Origin: Octopus vulgaris | Taxonomy: Eukaryota | NCBI GenBank assembly: GCA_951406725.2 | Contig: OX597824.1 | Coordinates: 69,936,001-70,000,000 of the forward strand | Length of the DNA: 64,000 bases | Direction: 5' to 3' | Shown: in pieces, positions 53,639-64,000 of the stretch | Layout: each line of letters begins with the position of its first letter | How positions within the stretch are numbered: the stretch's first letter is position 1 | The notes under the pieces: generated by a model | The model's database searches: none | Told to the model about the DNA's origin: nothing | What the model saw: the letters and a program-made list of their open reading frames with translations, nothing else | Translations under genes and position numbers: made by a program

Positions 53639-54185
53639 TACGTATTCTTTATACAGAGCACTCCCAAGAATTAAAGAAACAAACTTCTTTTATATCATTA
53701 TTTTCATTGTGTCCTGACACTAAAAGAAAAGAAATTATTATAGACCATTGGAACACACGGGCGCAATTTATGTTCAACTGAGAAATACAATATCTAGATT
53801 CGAAGCTTCAATGAAAAGGCAGACAATTTTGTCGACGTGCAGGTATAGACACAAACTTTTTCCGAAACTGGGCTTTAGTATGTGGGTGTATGTGCGTGTG
53901 TATTTGTGTGTGTGTGTATGTGCGTGTGTGTGTGTGTATGTTTGTATGTGTGTGAGTATGTTTGTGTGCGTTTATCATTAGACTATCGTAGAAAACATTG
54001 TAGAACAAATGGCGTGCAGAGCGCTGGAATAGAAACCAATACCATGCAAATAAAGTGCGTTGTATGTGCACATATAAAAGTACAAAGTTACAAGCATTCG
54101 CAAATGTGTACATGTACATACATATTTACATACATACCGATTCATACATACAGACGTACATGTATATATAAGTGTGTATATGCAC

Positions 54186-54257
<72 letters not shown>

Positions 54258-54262
54258 TAAAG

Positions 54263-54579
54263 ACTCCGCCGGTTACGACGACGAGGGTCCCAGCTGATAC
54301 GATCAATGGAACAGCTTGCTCGTGAAATTAACGTGCAAATGGCTGAGCATTCCACAGACCCGTGTACCCTTAACGTAGTTCTCGGGGATAATCAGCGTGA
54401 CACAGAGAGTGACAAGGCTGACCCTTTGAAATACAAGTACAACTCATTTTTGCCAGCTGAGTGGACTGGAACAACGTGAAATAAAGTGTCTTGCTCAAGG
54501 ACACAACGCGTCGCCGGGAATCGAACTCACAACCTTACGATCATGAGCCGAATGCCCTAACCACTAAGCCACGCGCCCT

Positions 54580-54581
<2 letters not shown>
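54263..54581 (-). mobile_element. tRNA-derived SINE (family C)
   Basis: Similar to 7630-8018 and 35397-35712. Confidence 0.85.
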
Positions 54582-54622
<41 letters not shown>

Positions 54623-55099
54623 ACTAACATAAATGCATGCATAAATATATACAATCAAACTTATGATGGTGCTTATTAAACTAACATCCTTAATCAATGT
54701 TTAAAAGACAGAAAGCACTAATTATTAAGATCTCATGGTATTAACTTAATCTTAATCCCTCATCAAGACGTTTATAAATGCGTGCGTACGTACGTCTGTA
54801 TATAAGTGAATATGAGTGAATATGTTAGTATGCGCAATTGTTTTGTGTGTGTTGTTGCTGTTGAGTTGCGTTGTGTGCGTGTGCGTATTTTTAACTTATT
54901 CCTACGATTAATTTTATTTTTTGTCATCGAGGAGAGCAAGTCTGTTTCATTCATCAGGGAATTAATTTTCAAAGCGAAGACAAAAAAAAAATCGAAATGA
55001 AAAAGATTATTTTGTACGTGTATATGAGTGGGTATGTATGTTTATATGAATGTATATACATACATACACATATATATATGTGGTGTGTGTGTGTATGTG

Positions 55100-55177
<78 letters not shown>

Positions 55178-55560
55178 CATTCATGTTCGTATGTATATTT
55201 CTATATAAGTATGTATTTGTACGAATGCGTCTATTTGTATGTGTATGCATGCTCAAAACATATTCAGATCGTTCATTTTTCTACACTGTATGAGTACATA
55301 TATATATATACACACACATACACATATATGTATATGTGTGTGTGTGTACGCACGTACATACGTACACACATACATGCATGCATACATATAAAAATTTCTG
55401 TTCATAATCCTAATCCCTCACGTTCATTAGACTCAAATAATTGTTTACAGCATTTGTTATATCTGCAGAAAATTTACCAACACACACACACACACACACA
55501 TGCATACACATACATACCATAATCAGGCATACATGCATGTAAATGCATACATATTTATGC

Positions 55561-55595
<35 letters not shown>

Positions 55596-55610
55596 CACAT
55601 ACATACACAT

Positions 55611-55845
55611 GGTAGAGGCACGCAGCTTAGTGGTTCGGGGGTGTTGGACTCATGATCGTAAGATTGTGGTCTCGATTCCTGGAACCAGCGACGCGTTGTT
55701 TTCTTTATCAAAAGACTTCATTTCACGTTGTTCCAATCTACTCAGCTGACAAAAATGAGTAATCCTTCGATGGGCCTACGTCACGTCCAGGTGAGGAATT
55801 TATACGCCACGGAAAATGGGAAACCGGCCCTTCTGAATCGTCATG
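55611..55845 (+). mobile_element. tRNA-derived SINE (family C variant)
   Basis: Similar to 8155-8417. Confidence 0.75.
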
Positions 55846-55934
55846 ACTCTAGAATGTAACTGTGTATTAACTTAAGTCATCTGGCATTATGTTCTGTTTT
55901 GTGAGAAGTTCTAATTTTTAATTCTTACCTGTAT

Positions 55935-56018
55935 TCACTTGATGAAAACGGTTTTTGCGCATCAAGTAAGACTTTTATTCATCAATAAAAAAAAACACGT
56001 CTGAAACAGCTGTAATGA
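55935..56018 (+). ncRNA. Degenerate hammerhead ribozyme with long stem II
   Basis: TCAC-TTGATGA-AAACGGTTTTT...AAAAACACGTCT-GAAA-CAGCTG-TA-ATGA. Palindromic stem III ACAGCTGT. Followed by a TA-rich tract. Confidence 0.55.
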
Positions 56019-56064
56019 TCTGCAACCCATCTGTGTTATTATATATTATATATTAAATTATATA

Positions 56065-56100
<36 letters not shown>

Positions 56101-57306
56101 TGTATGTATGTATGTATGTATGTATGTATGTATGTATGTGTGTGTATGTGTTTGTTCCTGTGTCTTTGCTTGGCCCCCACCAACGTTTGACAACAATTGT
56201 GATTTGTTTACGTGCGTATAACTTAGTATTTTAGTAAAAAGATACCATAAGAGCATGTACCAGGCTTTTCTTTTGAAAAAAAAGTAGCACTGCGTTCGAT
56301 TTGTTCGACTAAACCCTTTAAGGCGGTGCTCCAGCATGGCTGCAATCTAAGGACTGAGAGAAGGAAAATATTATAGATATTACTGTCACTGCTGGAACTT
56401 GTTCTTATTAGAGTTGATCAGGTTTGACCTGGGGCTAAACGTTACCTACAAAGTATAAACTCTGACCTATAAAACACAAAGTTTAAGTCAACTAGGAAGT
56501 ATATACTTAGACATTAATTGCTGGAAATAACAGCCAAAGCTTCCTCAAATTAAGCCATTCATCATTTTAAGTATTTAATTACTGTTTGTAATAACCACGT
56601 GTATCTGATATCGGCGGAATTCTGGTTAAAGCACCCCATATAACCTCACGTAACTTTTTTTCTTTTTATTTAGTTTTTAGAATTTTCAGAAAATGCTTGT
56701 GACTTTGTGTTCTACGCACGGTAATTATACGGTTATATAAAAAAGAATTAAAAGAAATTTTTAAAACCCTCCTCCACCTATAAATCCTAAGATTTCCACT
56801 TATTTTAGAATTTTTTTTTAAAATCAGAGTTTAAAATGTGAACAGGCCGAAATTTTTGCTTAAATTCCAGTAGTGGACAACCCTTCGGTTCATCATCATT
56901 CCATCAAGTGTTTTGATGAGAAGAAAAATATTGAAAAACATCGATACCTGTCAGAGTGGCAAAGAAACGAGTAGAGTATCGAGTGGTTGAGAGATATGCT
57001 AAAAGCAACAGTCAAATCGCCCATAAATCATACACACACAAAATAAAACATTCTGGTGCTGGTGGGCTTACGACCCCTTAACTTACCGATCCGGCATAAG
57101 ACGCGGATAGAATAAGTACCGGAGTTTAAAAAATAAATAAGTACAGGGGTCGATTCTTTGGATTAAAACTTCTTCAAGGCGGAGCCCCAGCATGGCCGCA
57201 GTCTAATGACTGAAAGAAGTACAAGATAAAAGATGTCAGGCAGAACACTGTGCCTGTAATCTTATGCAGAGTCTCCGTGACGTCAATTACTATTTTTTGT
57301 TTAAGA

Positions 57307-57706
57307 CAGCGAGCTGGCAGACACGTCAGCACGACGGGCGAAATGCGTAGCCGTATTTCGTCTGCCGTTACGTTCTGAGTTCAAATTCCGCCGAGGATGA
57401 CTTTGCCTTTCATCCTTTCGGGGTCGATAAATTAAGTACCAGTTACACACTGGGGTAGATGTAATCGACCTAATCCGTTTGTCTGTCCTTGTTTGTCCTT
57501 TCTTGTGGGTAGTAAAGAAATAGGTATTTCATCTGCCGCAACGTTCTGAGTTCAAATTCCCCCGAGGTCGACTTTGCCTTTCATCCTTTCGGGGTCGATA
57601 AATTAAATACCAGTTACGCACTGGGGTCGATGTAATCGACTTAATCCGTTTGTCTGTCCTTCTTTGTCTCCTCTATTTTAGCCCCTTATGGGCAATAAAG
57701 AAATAA
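57307..57706 (+). mobile_element. SINE family B, partial tandem dimer
   Basis: The unit gtatttc..ctgccg...gtaaagaaata is present twice. Confidence 0.88.
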
Positions 57707-58821
57707 GTCACCATTTTTTGTTTAATCTGCTATTGTCGTTGTTGATGATGATGATGATGATGCTAGTGTAGTTGTTAGCATCGTTGCTATTATGATTATT
57801 GTTGTTGATGCTATTGTTTTTGTTTTTGTTGTGTTGTGATTGTTGTTTTTGTTTTGTTATTGTTTGTACCTGCAGTTGTTCGTGCACTTGTTGTTGTTGT
57901 TGTCGTGCCATTTTAGGGGGCTTTTTGGTTTATTTTTTATTTATTTTTATTTTTATTTATTTATTTATTTATTTTTTTGCTTATTTCTTTGCTCGGTACT
58001 TGGCGCCAAATCGACCTTGATCAAGCGAACAACTTTAACAAAAAACAATCATTCTTACAAATACCATCTCTCTTTTTACTTAAGCGTAGTGTATCTAGGA
58101 CTACGTCATTCAATGCAATACAGCGTGACTTTTAGGGAGTGTTTAGCTCCTAATTTTCTAGCAAAACGATAGATTCACTCGGGGGGTCACTTAGGGGCTA
58201 CAGTCATGAATAATATACATACTGTTCCACAAGAATATTATAGGATGTCACGGTTGGAATGTCTTTGGCTGTAGGTCGTATTCTGTTTGAACAAACCAGA
58301 GGTTTAAACAACAATAACAACAGTACATTGCATGTGACAAGGTACGAACCGGTGACCTTTTCCTTGTACGTTTATCGACTCGGCCACCTGTGTGCCAGCA
58401 GCGACCTCTTCCTCCATAACCCCCTCTATTTCTTTCTCTCTCTATCTCTAATCCCCCCTCCCCTCTCTCTTTCTCTTTCTTACTATCCCCCCCTCTCTCT
58501 CTCTCAGTAAACATGATACATTTTCCATCAATCAAAATTTAGTTGTCTCATGGAAACATCGCGGTTAGAAACAATTGCTTGACATTTCCTGGGTCAGAAG
58601 TATCCAACGAATCAAATACACTTGAGGAGTAGTGCATGTGAGGTGAGGGGGTTATATGGTCGGGTGGAGGGGACATTTGATGTTAGACAAGCATCCACTT
58701 TCTTAATTCCGTCGATGCACTGTAAAACTATGAGGACAAGTCCACCAAGGCACTATAAATAGCTCTTAGTACAAATCCATTGATATCGCACTCACATACA
58801 TACACATATACACATATTTAA

Positions 58822-58906
<85 letters not shown>

Positions 58907-59119
58907 CAGGCAGAGAGACGAACGGACGGACGGGCGGATGGACGGACAGACGGACAGACGGATAGATAATATACAGAAAGATGGATAGATAGACAGGCAG
59001 ACTGACTGATAGACAGACAGACAGACAGACAGACGGACGGGCGGACGGACAGATGGACGGATAGATAATATACAGAAAGATGGATAGCTAGACAGACTGA
59101 CTGATAGGTAGATAGATAA

Positions 59120-59224
<105 letters not shown>

Positions 59225-59524
59225 CTTTTCATATACATAGACATGATAACAAACTACCAAGCTATTTGTCTCGCAAACCAATCAACAACAGCAGTCACCC
59301 GAATGAAAGGAATTCTTCCACGATAATAATTCCGCCATACGAATCAAGCTCAACTAATTCTCGTCTCGATCTTGTCTGTTAAACAATTATCATCCCTCGT
59401 CGCCTCGGGAAAGCACCAATACTGCATTTCGTTTGGTGTCTGTTTTGTCAATTTTTATTAGAAGCATTGTGTAAAATGCAAAAGAAAAAATAAATAAAAT
59501 ATGAGTTGAAAAGTTGTCGACGTG

Positions 59525-59556
<32 letters not shown>

Positions 59557-59598
59557 TGTATGTATGTATGTATGTATGTATGTATGTATGTATGTATA

Positions 59599-59661
<63 letters not shown>

Positions 59662-59895
59662 TTGTAAAGAATATGAGGGGTTTAGCTCACTTGAGATCTA
59701 AAGGAATAGATGGGTAAGTGCTATAGTTGGTTGGAGCATTAGGTTCCAAGAATACAGCTAAGGTTGGATCTAGGGATCCATGTTAGGGTTCCCTTATAGC
59801 ATGTATATATTATATTGAAGGAAAACCCATAACCAAGGCAGGACGAGTATCTCAAGCCATTTAGAATAATTTCATTAGGTTAAGGTGAATTTGAA

Positions 59896-59971
59896 GTCTT
59901 ACACCTGCTTCCGAGATAACCCAAGTAGTTGGTTAGCATATCCGTGCACTGGATAATCCGTCATCAAAGAC
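59896..59971 (-). ncRNA. Degenerate hammerhead ribozyme
   Basis: Minus strand: GTCT-TTGATGA-CGGATTATCC...GGTTATCTCG-GAAG-CAGGTG-TA-AGAC. Stem I is GTCT/AGAC and stem III is one change from CAGCTG. Confidence 0.5.
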
Positions 59972-60300
59972 AAGGCATGTGTCTTTAAGTCGGGGAAAAT
60001 ATACAGTTTACAGGGAATAAAATTTACAGATTATAAGGAATAAAATAGAAGAATAAAGAGTAAAAGTAGTTAGAAGAATATAAGCAGGAGAATAATGTTC
60101 GCAATTAATCATTTTCCAGAGGGTATGGACGTTAGTCGGTTCTTTCATGACGGTACAGGAATTTAGTTAAAATTCCAGGTATATCCAGGCAATATTTTGG
60201 TAGTGTTCTGAATAATGTATTCATATTGTAAAGGTGGATATAGAGCAGGAAAGTATGGCGGATATAACAGGTTTCTCCTCTCTCTCTCTCTCTTTCTCTC

Positions 60301-60349
<49 letters not shown>

Positions 60350-60585
60350 CACCTACTCACAAATCCCATTTATGTCCATCATACTTTTATTCTTTTATTT
60401 GTTTCAGTCATTTGACTGCGACCATGCTGGGGCACTGCCTTTAGTCGAACAAATCGAACCCAGGAGTTATTCTTTGTTAGCCTAGTACTTATTCTATCGG
60501 TCGCTTTTGCCGAACCGCTAAGTTACGGGAACGTAAACGCACCAGCATAAGTTGTCAAGCAATGTTGGGGGGGACAGACACTCAC

Positions 60586-60706
<121 letters not shown>

Positions 60707-60797
60707 ACATATTTGTAGTCTGAATCAGTTTTTAAATATTAGATTACTCTGGTGTCTGAGAAAACCTATAACTATTATATTATTGTGATGTCTGGAA

Positions 60798-60846
<49 letters not shown>

Positions 60847-61405
60847 GTTCGGGTGTTTGGCCCTCACCTTCAATATGTACTTAGATATAGACGTTGCGTT
60901 CCTTCAACGTTCATAAACGAATGTAATTGTTGCGTATATCAGGATTTAAACAGCCTTCTTGCTTCGTACTATTTTTTTATTTATGCTTTTTACGTAGTTT
61001 TCTTTGCATCTTTTTTTTTATTCTGTGCTATTGCTGTCGAGATATAAAGTTTTCATAGCTCGTATATTGCATATTACATTTTTATGTCGCTTGTACAACA
61101 GTAACTACAATTTATGCTGTTTTATTGAATAACTTTTTGTATCTACACTTGATTGCCCATTTATGTAATGAGATCTATTTCTTATCAAGTTCCTTTCTGC
61201 ATTTAGGTTGCATAGAGGATTAAAATAAGTGATATTTTTCTCATTTTGCTTCGTTTATGATTCAGTTGGGATTTTTTGTGTCATACGCAGTAATATGGTG
61301 TCTGGTTGTAGCTTGTTTTGAACAAGTGCATAAGAAAATCTCGCCATCAAAACTGTAAGCAACCATGCACACATACGTAAACATACATCAATATACACAC
61401 ACATT

Positions 61406-61474
<69 letters not shown>

Positions 61475-61478
<4 letters not shown>

Positions 61479-61532
61479 GTTTCTTTATTGGCCACACAGG
61501 GCTGCACACAGATGGGACAAGTTACAAGGTAG

Positions 61533-61534
<2 letters not shown>
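61475..61534 (-). mobile_element. ~60-nt 3'-terminal fragment of the same Tx1-like family
   Basis: Reverse complement ctctaccttgtaacttgtcccatctgtgtgcagccctgtgtggccaataaagaaactta matches 42092-42150. Embedded in (GATA)n. Confidence 0.9.
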
Positions 61535-61608
<74 letters not shown>

Positions 61609-61631
61609 TGATTGATTGATTGATTGGTTGG

Positions 61632-61668
<37 letters not shown>

Positions 61669-61835
61669 CGAGCGATTGATTGATAGATAGACATACATAC
61701 ATACATACAGACAGACAGACAGACAGAGAGGTAGGCAGATAGATAGATAGATATACATATTTATGCATATATCCACACCCTATCTATCTGTCTATCAATT
61801 TATCTATCTTCCATTCAGTATACGCTATGTAGTTT

Positions 61836-61890
<55 letters not shown>

Positions 61891-61936
61891 CACACATACA
61901 TACATACATACATACATACATACATACATACATACA

Positions 61937-61972
<36 letters not shown>

Positions 61973-62005
61973 TAGTATTTCTAAGCTTGGAATAATATTC
62001 CCTCA

Positions 62006-62080
<75 letters not shown>

Positions 62081-62193
62081 GAAATTTCACACATCACGCA
62101 CTTGACACTGGATTCCAGCTAAAGTATCAGCCGAAACCAACCTTTAGATTGCCAAATCCATAATTTTGCATTAGCCACAATTACTTTTAGCGC

Positions 62194-62538
62194 GTGAAGG
62201 CGCGTGGCTCAGTGGTTAGAGCGTCGAGCTTACGATCGTGAGGTTGTGAGCTCGAATTCCGGACCGGGCTGCGTGTTGTGTTCTTGAGCAAGACACTTTA
62301 TTTCGCGTTGCTCCAGTTCACTTAGCTGTAGAAATGAGTTCCGACGTCACAGGTGCCAAGCTGTATCGGCCCTTGCCTTTCCCTTGGACAACATCGGTGA
62401 CGTGGAGAGGGGAGGCCGGTGTGCATGGGCAACTGCTGGTCTTCCATAAAACAACCTTGCCCAGACTTGTGCCTCAGAGGGTAACTCTCTAGGTGCAAAC
62501 CCATGGTCAGTGTCTGACCGAAGGGGGTTACCACCACC
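62194..62538 (+). mobile_element. tRNA-derived SINE (family C variant), TSD ACTTTTAGCGC
   Basis: TSD at 62183-62193 and 62539-62549. Confidence 0.9.
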
Positions 62539-62867
62539 ACTTTTAGCGCAGGGCTAATTGCATATATATTTAATATAGGATTACTATTTTATACTCAAAA
62601 ATAAATGCTTATACGTATGTAGGCATATATAGAGAGATGTATACAATTATGTATTAATATATGTACTAAGTATATATGTTTATATGTATGCACCTTTCAT
62701 GCATGTATGTATGGATGCATACATGTATGTGTATGTACGTACGTATGTATATATGCATGTATTTATGTATGTATGTAAGTGTATGCATGTATGTAGGTAT
62801 ATATGTACGTACGTACGAAGCTAAGTACATATTTACATATGCGTGTATGAGTATGTGCGTGTGTGTA

Positions 62868-62967
<100 letters not shown>

Positions 62968-63506
62968 TTTGTTGTATCCAAGTTTCCTTATAACTGTAGA
63001 CTTGACCAAATAAATCCCGAAAACATGAAGAGATCGACATTGAACCGCGTTCCCTCTCTGTATTCTGCACATGACTGACATCAAAGTGTATTTCTTTGAT
63101 CAAGTACACATATGTACACAGACGCAAACACCTAAATACATACATAAATGGCTACATTCACAAACATCCACCACATATTTACATACGTAACATATATTTC
63201 TGTATTTCTATGTACACATCGTAATATATATGTAATATATACAATATGAAAGTATATATAAATGCGTGTGTATATGTATATATATATATATAATTATATA
63301 TACTAATATGTATATACATATATATACATATATATGCATTTATATATATAATTATATATACTAATATGTATATACATATATATATATATATATATACACA
63401 TATATATGCATTTATATATATATATACAATTATATATACTAATATGTATATACATATATATATCTATATATGCATTTATAAATATATATATATATATATA
63501 TGCATT

Positions 63507-63553
<47 letters not shown>

Positions 63554-63608
63554 AGATATATATTTAGATATATGTATATGTAGCAATAAATGTATATACA
63601 TGTATGTA

Positions 63609-63677
<69 letters not shown>

Positions 63678-64000
63678 GCTCGTAACAAAGATTTTGCCAT
63701 TACTTATAAGAAGTACAGAAATTTTAAATGGCCGCACAGGGTAGATAAATGCTTGAACGTATTTCGTTTTGATAGTTTCTTTACCTTTTCTTTTCTGTTT
63801 TTTTTTTTTTACTCTTTTTCTCTTTTCTACATTTTTCTCTCTCTTCCTTTTAGAGCTGCTTAATGTCTGTTTGTTGCTTCGGTGTCAAAGGTTACTGATA
63901 AAACAACAAAGCAAAAAAACTACAAGCGACGGAGTAGGGCAGAATATATATGATTAGATCGTACTGAAGTTTTCTCAGATATTCTAAGAGGTCGAGAACA

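Overview
Repeat-saturated, AT-rich animal genomic DNA with no identifiable host protein-coding gene. The SINE families and the extreme (TA)n/(CA)n/(GATA)n/(CATA)n load are most consistent with an Octopus-like cephalopod genome (inference). Nearly all ORFs in the supplied track are microsatellite artefacts. The main element is an apparently intact, very young Penelope-like retroelement (PLE, Neptune-type) on the minus strand at about 22979-28827. It has a single RT + GIY-YIG ORF and a 1.35-kb pseudo-LTR duplication, and each repeat copy carries a minimal hammerhead ribozyme (HHR) with a non-canonical CUGUUGA core. Reading the short unique islands wedged between (TA)n tracts shows about 8-10 further HHR motifs with unrelated stems, some with complete cores and very long stem II insertions. 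Several are nested in the internal microsatellite of one SINE family. Also present are a Tx1/L1-clade LINE inserted twice into (GATA)n, a decayed R4/Dong-like LINE carrying four SINE insertions with target-site duplications (TSDs), two RTE endonuclease fragments, Tc1/mariner relics (one DD41D-type with an internal inversion), MITEs, a non-autonomous Helitron and three tRNA-derived SINE families. All calls are from reading the sequence by eye; no searches or folding programs were run.
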